Assembly: GCA_024346625.1 (NCBI GenBank)
Contig: AP024666.1
Span: 1,674,001-1,738,000, forward strand
Reading direction: 5' to 3'
Origin: Williopsis jadinii
Lineage: Eukaryota
Length of the DNA stretch: 64,000 nucleotides
The notes below the pieces were generated by a model. The model saw only the letters and a program-made list of their open reading frames with translations, was not told where the DNA came from and did not search any database. Each line of letters begins with the position of its first letter. Position 1 is the stretch's first letter. This document shows, in pieces, positions 10,421-22,648 of the stretch. The position numbers were made by a program, and so were the translations under genes.

Positions 10421-12208
10421 ATGGATCATCCGACGGTGAGCCCATTCCAGTCCGCGGAGAAAGCCCCTGCGTCGGTGGTATCACCCATAACATCAGCAGC
10501 AGCACAAGCCTCTGCGAAGAAATGGAACCAGTTCAAGGACTCCTTCAAGCCTGCGCAGAACGAGGACCCCTTTGCAGGCTCGAACGTGTTTGTGTATCGC
10601 TCAGAGATCCAGCTTGACGAGGATAAGGAGAACCTGACCGACCTACAGAAGGCCGCGATAAACTCGTCAAAGACCCAGATGAAACAGAAGTTGCTACCGA
10701 GACACCTGGCGATGTTCATCATCGGCGGCACCGTTGGCCTGGGGCTGTTTGTGAATTCCGGAGGTGCGCTGGCCACCGGTGGGCCAGCTTCTCTGGTCAT
10801 CGGCTGGTCAATAGTGTCGGCCATGATCTTTGTGACCATGCTCGCGCTTGCAGAGCTCAGCGTGGCGTTTCCAGTGACCGGAGGGTTCGTCACGCTGACG
10901 ACCAGGTTCATAGACCCATCGCTGGGGTTCGCACTGGCCTGGAACTACATGTTCAACTGGATGGTTGCCCTGCCGGTGGCTCTGGTTGGTGCTGCTATAA
11001 CCATACGATTTTGGCGTGACGATATCAATGCCGATGTATGGGTAGCTGTGTTCTTCGTGTTCATAGTGTTCTTGAACATGTTACACTTGAAGCACTATGC
11101 AGAGTTGGAGGCCTTACTGGCACTGGTGAAGGTGCTGGCAATCGTGGGCTTCTTCATCTTGGGGATCGTCCTGACATGTGGTGGTGGGCCAGAAGGTGGT
11201 TACATTGGTGGGAGATACTGGCACGACCCAGGTGCCTTTGCTAATGGGTTTAAAGGTGTCTGCTCCGTGTTTGTCGCTGCAGCTTTCTCGTTTGCAGGCG
11301 TTGAAATCATTTCAATGACTGCTCCTGAAACCATAGACCCAGAAACTGCGATACCAAAGGCTGCAAAGAGAACCTTTTGGTTCATATCGTTGTCTTATAT
11401 ATCCATTCTTACACTTATTGGTTGCCTTGTGCCTTATGATTCTGATAAGCTGTGGGACGGTGATTCCTATGGATCTATTTCGCCATTCGTCATTGCAATT
11501 CAGAACGCTGGAATAAGCGGACTGCCATCGCTGATGAACGTTGTCATCATCCTTGCAGTGCTGTCCATCGCAAATACAGCAGTCTATGCCACTTCCCGTG
11601 TTTTGTCTGCAATGGGCGATATCGGCCATGCCCCTGCAATACTATCGTACGTTGACAGGACAGGAAGACCGTTGGTGGCCAACATCGTGACGTTTGTATT
11701 TGGACTCTTGTCGTTTCTCGCAGCCTCAGATAAAGAGAACGACGTGTTTCTATGGTTCTCTGCTTTGACATCACTGTGTACAATCTTCGCCTGGATGGCA
11801 ATTTGCTGGTGCCATATTAGGTTCAGACAGGCTCTAAAACTACACGGAAGAGGCACTGATGAGTTATCGTACGCTTCACCTCTGGGGGTTTGGGGATCAT
11901 TGTTTGGACTGGTGATGAATGTGCTAGTTATCATGGGCCAATTCTGGGTTGCACTGTTCCCTGGAAGTTCTGCAGATGCAAAGTCATTCTTTGAAGTTTT
12001 CCTTTCATTGTGTATACTTATTGCGTTCTATGTGGGCCACAGACTATGGAAGAGAAACAAGAGTTGGTTCATACGAACCCATGAGATGGATATCGATACA
12101 GGCCGGAAACACTATGATATTGAACTCTTGAAACAGGACATTTTTTACGAGAGGGAGCGGATCAACAATTCACCTTTCTACTACAGGATATACAAACTAC
12201 TCTGTTGA
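10421..12208 (+). CDS. Yeast amino-acid permease (YAT/APC family), divergent HIP1-like paralog
   Basis: First ATG at 10421. Motifs RHLAM..IGG.VG.GLF, GGRYWHDPGAF, FSFAG.E and MDIDTGR. Close paralog of the permease at 32105-33841. Confidence 0.9.
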   Translation: MDHPTVSPFQSAEKAPASVVSPITSAAAQASAKKWNQFKDSFKPAQNEDPFAGSNVFVYRSEIQLDEDKENLTDLQKAAINSSKTQMKQKLLPRHLAMFIIGGTVGLGLFVNSGGALATGGPASLVIGWSIVSAMIFVTMLALAELSVAFPVTGGFVTLTTRFIDPSLGFALAWNYMFNWMVALPVALVGAAITIRFWRDDINADVWVAVFFVFIVFLNMLHLKHYAELEALLALVKVLAIVGFFILGIVLTCGGGPEGGYIGGRYWHDPGAFANGFKGVCSVFVAAAFSFAGVEIISMTAPETIDPETAIPKAAKRTFWFISLSYISILTLIGCLVPYDSDKLWDGDSYGSISPFVIAIQNAGISGLPSLMNVVIILAVLSIANTAVYATSRVLSAMGDIGHAPAILSYVDRTGRPLVANIVTFVFGLLSFLAASDKENDVFLWFSALTSLCTIFAWMAICWCHIRFRQALKLHGRGTDELSYASPLGVWGSLFGLVMNVLVIMGQFWVALFPGSSADAKSFFEVFLSLCILIAFYVGHRLWKRNKSWFIRTHEMDIDTGRKHYDIELLKQDIFYERERINNSPFYYRIYKLLC

Positions 12209-12392
12209 GCTACCTACTCTTTCTTACTATTCATATTGACTCGTTTGTTGTTTTCTTTTTTGTTTTTACTGTTATTTCTATAGAGTTGTCTCTTAAGTTT
12301 AATGATGCCATGCTCGTTCAGTTCTCTATTATCCTACTGGTAGACTCTCATTAGACATAAACATTTCAAATAGCTATATATATATATATTGA

Positions 12393-15092
12393 TCATTCAA
12401 CTTCATCAGCTGGGACATCATTCTCCAAGTCATCCTCCGACCAGTCATCGACATCCATATCCTCATCGGTTTGGATAGTGGCCTCGTGGTTAGGAATAAC
12501 CTCCAAGTGGTCACCCTTACGGATAACCTTGACGGTTTCCTTATCCTTGATTTGACCAGCCAAGACAAGAATTGCCATCTTGTTCAAAATCTCACGCTCA
12601 ATAAGGTGGTTCAATGGTCTAGCACCAAGATCCTCGGTGTAACCATTCTGAGCAAGGAAGTCAACAGCGTCATCAGATATATCCAGCTTGTAATTCTTGT
12701 CATTTGCAGCGAAACGGCCTTCGATCTCCCTAATACGAATAGAGACAATCTTGTGAATAGCTTTTCTAGACAACTTGTTGAACACCACAATAGATGAAAT
12801 TCTGTTGATAAATTCCGGTCTGAAGTGACCACGCACAGCGTTCATAACAAGGGCCTTGGTGTCTTCAGAGATTTTGGCAGTGTTCTGACTAATAATGAAC
12901 TGAGAACCCAAGTTCGATGTCATGATAACAATGGAGTTTGAGGCATCAATGGTCTTACCTTGACCAGAAGTGATACGTCCATCATCTAAAAGTTGCAACA
13001 ACACAGTCAAAACCTCCGGAGCAGCCTTCTCAACTTCATCAAACAAGATAACAGAGTAAGGCTTTCTGGCCAATTGGTTGGTAAGTAGACCACCTTCTTC
13101 GTAACCGATGTAACCAGCAGTAGTACCCAATAATTTTGAAACGGAATGCTTCTCCATCAACTCAGAACAGTCAATTCTAATCATGGCATTCTCATCATTG
13201 AAAAGGAAGCCAGCAAGTTTCTTAGCCAACTCGGTCTTACCAGAACCTGACAAACCAAGGAACAAGAAGGAAGCAGGCTGTCTTGGGTTTGCAAGACCAG
13301 ATCTTGACAATCTTACAGCATTTGAAACTGCCTTAATGGCCTCACTCTGTCCAACAACATCCTTTGAAAGTGACTTCTCCATGTGAACCAACTTAGTGTT
13401 TTCAGATTCGGTAAGCTTACTGACTGGGATACCAGTAAGTCTAGCAGCTGTCTCAGCAATGGTATCAGAGTTGACAACGTTCTGGATCATCATTCCATGA
13501 CCAGACATTGTCTCCTCTCTAGCAACTTCCTCTTCGAGCTGTTCGATCTTCTTCTGCAAGTCTGGGATAGCAAAGTATCTCAAGTCAGCAGCTGTAGCAG
13601 TATCATGACGACGTTCAGCATCAACAGCCTTTGTCTCCAACTCATCAAGTCTTCTCTTGGCTGCGGTAAGCTTCTCGTGGCCTTGACGTTCTTCATCGTA
13701 CTTGGCTCTCAATGGCTGCAACTCCTCTTCCAAATCTGCTTCTTTCTTTCTAGCCTGAGTCAATCTCTCCTTCGTTGTTTCATCGGTCTCTTGATCTCTC
13801 TCCAAAGCCTTGATCTCAACTTGGATCAACTGCAATTGACGCTCTTTGGAATCCAACTCTTCAGGTTTAGAGTCACGAGCCACTGCAACACCAGCACAAG
13901 CGATATCCACAAGGTCAATAGCAGAATCTGGTAATCTTCTATATGGCAAGTAACGCTTAGCCAATTGAGCTGCACTAACCAAAGCAGAGTCCAAGATTCT
14001 AACACCGTGGTGGATCTCATATTTTGGTTGCAAACCTCTAAGAATAGCCACAGCTTCTCTGACAGTTGGCTCTTTAACATCGATCTTCTGGAATCTTCTT
14101 TCGAAGGCACCATCCTTTTCAATGATAGCTCTGTACTCGTTGTTTGTAGTGGCACCGATCACTTTCAAGTTACCTCTTGACAAGGCCGGTTTCAAGATGT
14201 TTGCAGCATCATCCTTACCGTTGCCCATAAGCATGTGAATCTCATCGATGAATAAGATAATCAGGATCTTTGACTGTTCAATCTCTTTCAAGACACCTTT
14301 CAATCTTTCCTCAAAGTCACCTTTGTATTTGGCACCTGCTGTCAAAGCGGCCAAGTCCAAAGAGAACAGACGACAGCCTTGAAGGATAGTTGGCACATCG
14401 TTCTCCAAGATTCTCTGGGCAACACCTTCGATGATGGCAGTCTTACCAATACCAGGCTCACCTATGAGGCAAGGGTTAGATTTGATTCTTCTGGCCAACA
14501 CCCTGATTGTGGATCTGATCTCTTCTTCTCTTCCAATAACAGGGTCCAATTTACCCTGTCTGGCCTGCTCTGTCATATCAATGGCATACTTGGTCAAGTA
14601 TTCCAACTCCTGGTTCGTATCAGCTCCTCTGGAGTCGATTCTCTGGTTTCCTCTGAGCGTAAGCACCTGTTGTTTGAGGCCCTCCACTGTGACGCTGGCC
14701 TCTTTCAACACTGCTTGAATGGAACTGTCCTCAAGCAGTGCCAACAGGATATGATCTTGGGCAACGAAGCTATCCTTCTGCTGCTGTTTGATCTTGACAC
14801 ACTTCTTCAAGATCTCTCCTGTGGCATAACTTGGGCTCACCTGCTGTGGGGCAGGATTCTGCGATGGGGTTCTGACGAGATGCTTATTAACGGTTCTCTC
14901 GAACAATTGGTAGTCAAAACGGCCCCTCTCTAGCAAAGTCTGAAGATAGCTCGTGGAACCATCCTCTGGCTTCTCACAGAAGGCTGCCAGTATATGCAAT
15001 GGCAGCAACTGTGGATGCTGGTGCTCCTCTGCGAGCTGCTGTGCTCTGGTGATAACAGCCAAGGCACGGTCTGTGAATTGTGATTCGTCCAT
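12393..15092 (-). CDS. HSP104: Hsp104/ClpB AAA+ disaggregase
   Basis: 899 aa with two Walker A motifs (GEPGIGKT, GLSGSGKT), Walker B LFIDEIH and LFDEVEKA, a coiled-coil middle domain and an acidic C-terminus. Confidence 0.97.
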   Translation of the reverse strand: MDESQFTDRALAVITRAQQLAEEHQHPQLLPLHILAAFCEKPEDGSTSYLQTLLERGRFDYQLFERTVNKHLVRTPSQNPAPQQVSPSYATGEILKKCVKIKQQQKDSFVAQDHILLALLEDSSIQAVLKEASVTVEGLKQQVLTLRGNQRIDSRGADTNQELEYLTKYAIDMTEQARQGKLDPVIGREEEIRSTIRVLARRIKSNPCLIGEPGIGKTAIIEGVAQRILENDVPTILQGCRLFSLDLAALTAGAKYKGDFEERLKGVLKEIEQSKILIILFIDEIHMLMGNGKDDAANILKPALSRGNLKVIGATTNNEYRAIIEKDGAFERRFQKIDVKEPTVREAVAILRGLQPKYEIHHGVRILDSALVSAAQLAKRYLPYRRLPDSAIDLVDIACAGVAVARDSKPEELDSKERQLQLIQVEIKALERDQETDETTKERLTQARKKEADLEEELQPLRAKYDEERQGHEKLTAAKRRLDELETKAVDAERRHDTATAADLRYFAIPDLQKKIEQLEEEVAREETMSGHGMMIQNVVNSDTIAETAARLTGIPVSKLTESENTKLVHMEKSLSKDVVGQSEAIKAVSNAVRLSRSGLANPRQPASFLFLGLSGSGKTELAKKLAGFLFNDENAMIRIDCSELMEKHSVSKLLGTTAGYIGYEEGGLLTNQLARKPYSVILFDEVEKAAPEVLTVLLQLLDDGRITSGQGKTIDASNSIVIMTSNLGSQFIISQNTAKISEDTKALVMNAVRGHFRPEFINRISSIVVFNKLSRKAIHKIVSIRIREIEGRFAANDKNYKLDISDDAVDFLAQNGYTEDLGARPLNHLIEREILNKMAILVLAGQIKDKETVKVIRKGDHLEVIPNHEATIQTDEDMDVDDWSEDDLENDVPADEVE

Positions 15093-15252
15093 ATTGTTTA
15101 GATTATTCTCCTTTCAGTTCAATTGATGAGTGAGAAAGCAACGTGAGTGTCCAGATTTTGGAGAAAGGGGGTTGAATTTATACTTGAGCCCTACCGTTAA
15201 CATATTTCTAGTGTGTGATTATCGCATAAGTGTCTGCCCATACGGAACTAGT

Positions 15253-15267
15253 GGAAGGTTCGAGAAT
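15253..15267. promoter_or_regulatory. Heat-shock element (Hsf1 site) upstream of HSP104
   Basis: Perfect nGAAnnTTCnnGAAn (gGAAggTTCgaGAAt) ~160 bp upstream of the HSP104 ATG, with further GAA units nearby. TATAAA lies on the minus strand at 15177-15182. Confidence 0.8.
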
Positions 15268-15691
15268 TTGCTGGAACTTTTTCTGCTGTTGCTGCCGCTA
15301 CTGGGGTTTGGGGGGGGGGGGGCTCTCCGCCTAGAAGGAGATCCGCCCAGTGCGTGCAGATACCATTGTCTGCCTAGCTGGATACTGGCAGTAGCATTGG
15401 GCTTACAGTTAGTGCACTGTTTTGGATTGTTGTACTTCAATTGCAATACAAATTGATTGAGATGCGCTTCAATTGATCTCCTTGAGCAGCTTGTATAACT
15501 ATTGTCTTATAACTGGGCTAATGAGATGTAAAACTAAGGCGTTGGGCATTCCCTTTGTTACCGAATAGGCCAAAGTAACTTCCCCTGCCTACATGACACA
15601 TAAAAAAGGCCGTCAAAGGATTACCCTACCTTGGTATCAGAGAGTTCGATGTCGCTGGTAGGAGCACCCTTCTAAAATATCCGACCGGATG

Positions 15692-15750
15692 CACGTGACT
15701 TATCATCCCTCGAATATTGTCGCCCTCATCTTATCGCGAGTGAAAATTTT
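15692..15750. promoter_or_regulatory. Ribosome-biogenesis promoter motifs of TIF6 (Cbf1-type CACGTGAC, PAC core CTCATC, RRPE TGAAAATTTT)
   Basis: CACGTGAC at 15692-15699, CTCATC at 15725-15730 and TGAAAATTTT at 15741-15750, all upstream of a ribosome-biogenesis gene. Confidence 0.65.
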
Positions 15751-15844
15751 CGCTTCCAATGTTTTTTTTCTCTTTTTTTTTTCCTTTTCCTTCTTTCGAA
15801 AATACCATTCAAATAAGTAAATTCATTCGAAGTGAATAGGAAAA

Positions 15845-16582
15845 ATGGCTACTAGAACCCAATTTGAGAACTCTAACGACGTTGGTGTCTTTTCCAAGTT
15901 GACGAACTCCTACTGTCTCGTTGCTGTTGGTGGATCAGAGAACTTTTACTCTGCATTTGAAGCCGAATTGGGAGACGTTATCCCAATTGCTCACACCACC
16001 ATTGCTGGTACCCGTATCGTCGGTAGAATGACTGCAGGTAACAGAAGAGGGCTGTTGGTTCCAACACAAACCACTGACCAAGAACTCATGCACTTGAGAA
16101 ACTCCCTCCCTGATACTGTCAAGATTCAAAGAGTTGAGGAGAGACTCTCCGCTTTGGGTAACGTGATCTGCTGTAACGACTACGTTGCACTCGTCCATCC
16201 TGATATCGAACGTGAGACTGAAGAGCTCATTGCAGATGTCTTGGACGTTGAAGTGTTCAGACAGACCATTGCGGGCAACGTTCTTGTCGGCTCCTACTGT
16301 GCCTTGTCGAACCAAGGTGGTATTGTCCATCCACAGACCTCAATTGCTGATCAGGAGGAGTTGTCATCTTTGTTACAGGTTCCATTGGTTGCAGGTACTG
16401 TGAATCGTGGTTCGTCTGTCGTTGGTGCTGGCTTGGTTGTCAACGACTGGCTCGCAGTTGCAGGCTTGGACACTACAGCTCCAGAGCTGAGTGTCATTGA
16501 AAGTATCTTTAGATTGCAAGACGCACAACCAGAATCGATTTCAGGTAACTTGCGTGACACTTTGATTGAAACGTATTCATGA
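15845..16582 (+). CDS. TIF6: Translation initiation factor eIF6
   Basis: 245 aa, [21 protein letters not shown]...RDTLIETYS, near-identical to yeast eIF6. Confidence 0.98.
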   Translation: MATRTQFENSNDVGVFSKLTNSYCLVAVGGSENFYSAFEAELGDVIPIAHTTIAGTRIVGRMTAGNRRGLLVPTQTTDQELMHLRNSLPDTVKIQRVEERLSALGNVICCNDYVALVHPDIERETEELIADVLDVEVFRQTIAGNVLVGSYCALSNQGGIVHPQTSIADQEELSSLLQVPLVAGTVNRGSSVVGAGLVVNDWLAVAGLDTTAPELSVIESIFRLQDAQPESISGNLRDTLIETYS

Positions 16583-17158
16583 GTACGTTTCAAACTTTGT
16601 TTGTCATTGTCTGGTTTTCTTTAATTTGCATTACGACATATTTGATGTCGATTCATGGGGGTTATTCTAATTGTGTATTTTCTTTGTTCTAATGGGTTAT
16701 GAAAAAAAAAAGAAGTGATGATCACTTCTCTTCTTCTTTCTTGGCTTTCTGCTGTGTTTGGTACTTGCATCCTGATGCTTGTATCAAGTCATGTCTACTG
16801 CTATCTGTACTATTTTTTTTTGGACTTTTGGACTTTTTTTTCTTTTGACGTTTTTTTTTCTTAATTTGCATAAGAGGTGGTGTTGATCAGTTTCTACATT
16901 GACTATAAGATTCATTAACTGTTCTATATAACGGGGTTTAGTTTTAATGAAATCTCCTTCTATGGCATTTAAAGAATGAAAGCCATGTAGTTTTTTTCGT
17001 TTTCGTTTTTCGGTTTTTCGCTTGTCGCCGCGTCGTTTTCCTTTCCGACGGCCGAGAAGAAAATCTCGAAAGAGGAAGCGGCCACAAAAGCGCAGGAAAT
17101 TGAAACGTAAACATTCCACATCAACAACACACAAACCATAGAAACTTCACATACCAAG

Positions 17159-20100
17159 ATGGACTTCTTAGGGTAGGTTGATCAAATACGGGTGACACAG
17201 CAGCTTGACTAACAATGAAGCAGTGTTTCGCGCGGCTCAATCCGCTCGAAAGCTTTGAAGAAGATTGCGGCCATGTCGTTCAAAGAGGAAGAGCGTGGAG
17301 GTTATGGCCGTGGCGGTTATTACATCAATGGCCCCTTGGGGCTTGGTGGTGATGTGTTGAAGTTGTCGAATGCCATAGACTATAAGAAGCTGAGTGACGG
17401 GAATATCGGACCAATGTCTCATAAGGAGTTGGAGATCTTGTTTGCGTTGGCTAGTGCAAGCTCGTATGTTCGAACTGAGACTCAAGGTAAACAGTTGTTG
17501 AGTTTGTTATCACCTTATTTCTTGCAATGCTCTACACAGGAGTTCAAGAGCAATATCAGCTTACAGTTATCACCGTCTCCGTGGGACTACGTTACCATGA
17601 AGTTGACAAGCTCGATAACGACACTGGGTGAGAAGTTCCCATCCTTGGAAGATGACGTTGTGGTGCTATTTAAGCAGTACTTGTCTAGGTTTAAGAAGGA
17701 TGGCACTTCATTGTGTGCATATTTCAGTTTGTTGGGATTCTTGAAAGCTCTGATAGGCAGTGACTCATCGTTCGATGCTTTGATTGTCGATGACATCATC
17801 GACTTGTTCACAGAGCAGTTCTTTGACACTGTGGAGTCTGCAACACAAAACTCATTACAAGATGAGCACCACTTGACATACTTAGTGGCTTATTTGGCAT
17901 CAGGAGATGAATTCAACTCATTATTATTTGCAAAGTTGGCTCAGGCGTTGTTTTCCCATATAGTTCTTATTACAATCGCCAAAGAAGGAATCCTTGAAAA
18001 GAGACAAGACTTATCTCTCTCCGAAACGTTGTTAGCATTAGCAGCTTTGGATTACGACAGCGATCCGGGTTCAGTTTCAAAGTTAGAAAGGGTAAAAGCC
18101 GCTTTGAATACGTCAGTTTTAGAGAAATTGGTCCAGAGATCAAAGGCTCAGATCGACGAATTGGACAACGGTGCACCTTACATCAACCTTTCATCGACAG
18201 AACGTGTTAACTTGGCTTTGTCCACCAAAAGTATTGCTTTGGATGTTTTAGCAGCAGGGTTATTGGTGGATTTGGTTTCGAACCAAGAAGTTACAGCCCT
18301 GGTTAAACTTTCTTTGATTAACCCCAACGAATCAGTCAATCCTGATTTATCTCGTTCGTCGATCGCTGTTGGTTCGTTGTTAACGTATAAAGACAAGAAA
18401 AATATCAGTGCAGAGTTGATCCATTTATTTCCTCTTATTCTTTCAAAGCTCCCTTCCTCGGCAGATGTATCTTATATCAAGATGTTGTCAAAAAGCTTGG
18501 CTCTGGGATTGAAACCTTTGAACCAAGATTCTATCATTACAACAATTTACTCGTTGGTCAATTTGTTGGTTTCAAATAACACATCAGCGCCTGTCACTGC
18601 AATGCGCGAGTTAAAAATTCGATCTACAACGAACAGCTTCAACCATACGAGGGTGAAACGTTCAAGCACCATAAATTCTTTGAAGGAGACAGACCCTCTA
18701 GTAACTGCACCAGATGGGAAACCTGTACATGGTCATATATATACGAATGCAATCACCTCTATCATTGAACTGACAAAGACTTATGGTGATGAAGCAATAA
18801 CAGTTCTTGCAGTGACGGTATTGTCCCAAAAGTTTCAGTCAAATACTTCTCCATTGGGGTTTAACCTCTTGAAAGGATTGTCAGAAATTGCAACGTCACT
18901 ATCTCATAAAGAATTTTTGGCCTTGATGAAACTGTTTGACAATGCGCTTATCACTCACAAGGATAATCCTGACTTTACAGCTGCAGTGATTAATGCAAGA
19001 GTTACAATCTCAAAGACCCTCCAAGGTCAAACTGATCACGATTTATATTTTGTTTACTTGAACGAAATGTTAAACAATGTCGTGTCTCGTGGTGACGTTC
19101 GGAAGACCGACCATAGATCCCAAGGTGAAATATCAGAGATTGCAATGCAAATCTCTTATTTGATTAAGCCGATTGCACAATTGTTACCGGTTGACTCAAA
19201 GTTATCCAACTTGGATGATACAACCCTGGTGCTGTTTCAAAATTTTTGGTTTAATCTTGTCGTGCATGGTTACAATGAAACTTCTGAATTGACTAAAAAA
19301 TATCAAACTGAACTTGAAATGATAGCACTCAATTCACCTCCGCTAGCTTCTGACTTGAAAAGTGTTCGTGCGGAAACATCATTTGAGTTGAATACCGTTT
19401 TGAGAAGAGGTTCTTCCAACCATAATGTTAAAGATCAAAAGCATATCATAGGCGGTATTTCGAACATCAACAGTATTGAGAAAAGAACTTTATCATATAC
19501 AAAGTTGATGTTCTTGTCTGCCACGTCTCTATTGGAAAACTTGCGTGCAAATACTGGCGATTGCTCTACAATCCTCTATTACTTTTCTGACCCATCCATT
19601 GCCAACTCAAATATTGAAAGATTTATCGGCTCAATTTCAATCTCCGTCGTTCAAAAGTATATTCAATTGACTGAGAAGAGCGGGAGTAAACATTTCACAT
19701 GTGATAAAATTGCTGATCAATTGACCAAAATTCTCATCTTGTGTTGTCATAGAGAATACAGTCTTCAAGACGCAGCGTTCCAATCCGCATCTTTGTTCAT
19801 TTCTAGACTCACATCTGGATTGGTGAACCGTTTAAGTTTGTATACTTTGCTTGATCTTTTAACTGCGATGTTTGACAGTGTTGTGGACTCCGAAAGAAGT
19901 AAATATCAACCACGTCGTGAGTTCACATTGGCCCATTCTCAGGAGAAGATTAAAGTTTCGGACTCAATCAAATGGAAACGTTCAACCCTGGAGCGACTAC
20001 ATAGAAATGCCAAACAATGGTGCTTGTTGGCTCTGAGTAAGTCGAACCAGGATCTAAAGGCTCTTCTTCAATCATACATTTCGGACTTGGGACTACAAGT

Positions 20101-22648
20101 TAGGGCTAACCCTGTTCAATTTGGTGTTACCTTTGCCATGGAGATGGCTGGTTCAATTTTGCCTAATGACTTGGAAAATTCAAATGTGTCCATGGCAGGT
20201 CTTGGTAAAGTAAACTCCATTGCAGGTTTCCTGTCTGAATACGGTTGGAGAGCCAAGCATGACACTGGTTTGTCGGACCTGGATGGTGATAGTAAGGATC
20301 CGTTGATGACTTTAATCCGTGCACACAAGAGTCTCATGAGTTCTGGTGAATCTGTTCGTCTTGGTGATCCAAACTTTGAAGCACGAGCTCACCTCTTGTT
20401 GTCTGATATTGCCGCAGTATGGCAAACCTCCATCAAGAATAGAGTAGGCCTGTTTTCTAAGCAGTACGACTTGATTGACGAGGGTTTCTTGAGAATGGCT
20501 TATACGCCATCTGACCAGGCTAAGGTTAATTACTATGCCGATCTTGCATTGGAAGGCTTTGAAACTGATTTCCAAGTGATCAAATTCTTCACTTCTCATT
20601 TCGAAGGCACAATGTATCAGTCCGAAAATATTCTGAGGGTTTTCACTAGTGTGGTTTGTCTTGCGTTGGAACGCTCGAAAACTGCTAGTTTACATCCATA
20701 TGCGAGATTGGTGAGATTTGAACTTGTAAACTTTGGATTTGACGTTATGCAAGTGCAACTGAAGACTAATCCACGTGTAGGGGCAGAATTGGCAAACTTG
20801 ATCTTGGAGTCAATATTGTCCTGGTTCACTCAATCTAGACAATATCCATTCGGTGATAACGATTTGAGACTCAAATCTGACTTAAACTTATTGAAAACAG
20901 TCTACCGCAGAACTATGAATATGACATTTTCCGCCAACTCTCTATGGAATATTGACATCAAGAGAGCTCTATGTTTGGCGTTCTTACATGACGAAATTTC
21001 AAAGATCATCATATGGTTAAATCCATTAGAACCAGTTGATTTTAAGGAGGAGCCTGTCAAAGTTGACGAAGTTATGTTGAAATTTGCATACTCCATGAAC
21101 CCAGCTTTAGCTATAAGTTTGGTAGCGAAGATTCCAAGCTTGGACAAGTACCTTTTTGAACTCGTTCTATCTAAGCCAGTCGATGCTCTTCCATTCTACC
21201 AATCAGTGAGATATTTACTTGCGTCACCGGAGAATTACAAGTATTTGATCTTTGCAAAAGCTATTCACCCGACTGAATCTATCAATTTGTTTACTCCCCC
21301 TTATATTGACAATCCATATGTGATCCAGTATAACATGAGGGCGTTAGAATCTCAGGATATTAATTTGACTTTCTTTTATGTCCCACAGATCGTTCAATGT
21401 CTTCTGAATGATTCTATGGGATATGTTGCAAGATTCATTGCTGAAACAGGAAAAGTTAGCCAAAAGTTTTCCCATCAGTTGATTTGGAATCTGAAAGCGA
21501 ATGCTGAAAACAAGGCACTTTGCTCACAAGAGATGATCAACCAAATTATTGAGTCGTATGACGATGAAGCTATGGAATATTACAAGGCCGAGTTTGGATT
21601 CTTTGATGAAGTTACATCCATTTCAGGTAAATTAATGCCATACTTGAAGAAAACCAAGGCAGAAAAGAAGATTAAGATCGATGAAGAGATGGCCAAGATC
21701 GTTGTTGCTGAGAATGTTTATTTGCCATCCAATCCAGATGGTGTTCTTATTGATATCAACAGAACCAGTGGTAAGCCATTACAGTCTCATGCAAAGACAC
21801 CATTCATGGCCACATTCCGTATTCGCAGGGAGGAGGAAATTAGTGGTCAGATGATCACAGTTGAGAAATGGCAATCTGCAATCTTTAAAGTTGGAGATGA
21901 CTGTCGTCAAGATGTTTTAGCCTTACAATTGATTGCTATCTTCAAGTCTATATGGGAGAATGCCGGACTAAACCTTTATTGTTACCCAAATCGTGTTACA
22001 GCTACTGCACCAGGTTGTGGTGTTATTGACGTTCTTCCAAATTCTATATCTCGTGATATGTTGGGTCGTGAAGCTGTGAACGATTTATACACTTTCTTCA
22101 AATCCAAGTTCCCAGATGGTGTTCTTGAGTACGAAGATGCTGTCCAAAACTTTGTGAAATCTCTCGCTGCTTATTCTATCATCTCATATCTTCTTCAGTT
22201 CAAGGATAGACATAACGGTAATATCATGTATGACGACCATGGTCATATTCTTCATATTGATTTTGGGTTTTGCTTTGACATTGTTCCTGGTGGTGTTAAA
22301 TTTGAAGCTTGTCCATTCAAATTGACGAAGGAGATGGTACGCGTTATGGGAGGCTCTAATGATACTGAAAGCTTTAAGATGTTTGAAGAACTATTCATTA
22401 AGGGTTTCCTTGCTGTTAGACCGTACTATGGATTGATTGTTGGTAATGTTCAAAGTATGCTTGCCAGTGGGTTACCGTGCTTCAAAGGAGAAAAGACGAT
22501 GAGAAACTTGAAGGCCAGATTCTTCTTAGACAAGGACGATAAACAGTGTATCAAGGCACTGAAGGGATTGATCAGACAGAGTTATGAGAGTCTTTTCTCT
22601 GTCGGTTATGATAAATTCCAAAAGATGACCAACGGTATTCCATACTAA
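17159..22648 (+). CDS. STT4: Phosphatidylinositol 4-kinase IIIalpha; 2 exons (17159-17172, 17224-22648), ~1812 aa
   Basis: C-terminal PI4K domain (IFKVGDDCRQDVLALQ, KDRHNGN, HIDFGF). A predicted intron at 17173-17223 (GTAGGT...GACTAAC...CAG) gives the in-frame start MDFLGVSRGSIRSKALKK. Confidence 0.93.

Noticed and set aside
10736..10747. CUG-Ser/Ala genetic code as the explanation for the GLG motif
   Set aside because: CTG also encodes invariant leucines in the same gene (GLF, GAL), so CTG is read as Leu.
16711..16775. Possible box C/D snoRNA (GTGATGA...CTGA) downstream of TIF6
   Set aside because: The C-box lies inside a local palindrome (AGAAGTGAT-G-ATCACTTCT), there is no convincing terminal stem, and I cannot identify an rRNA-complementary guide.
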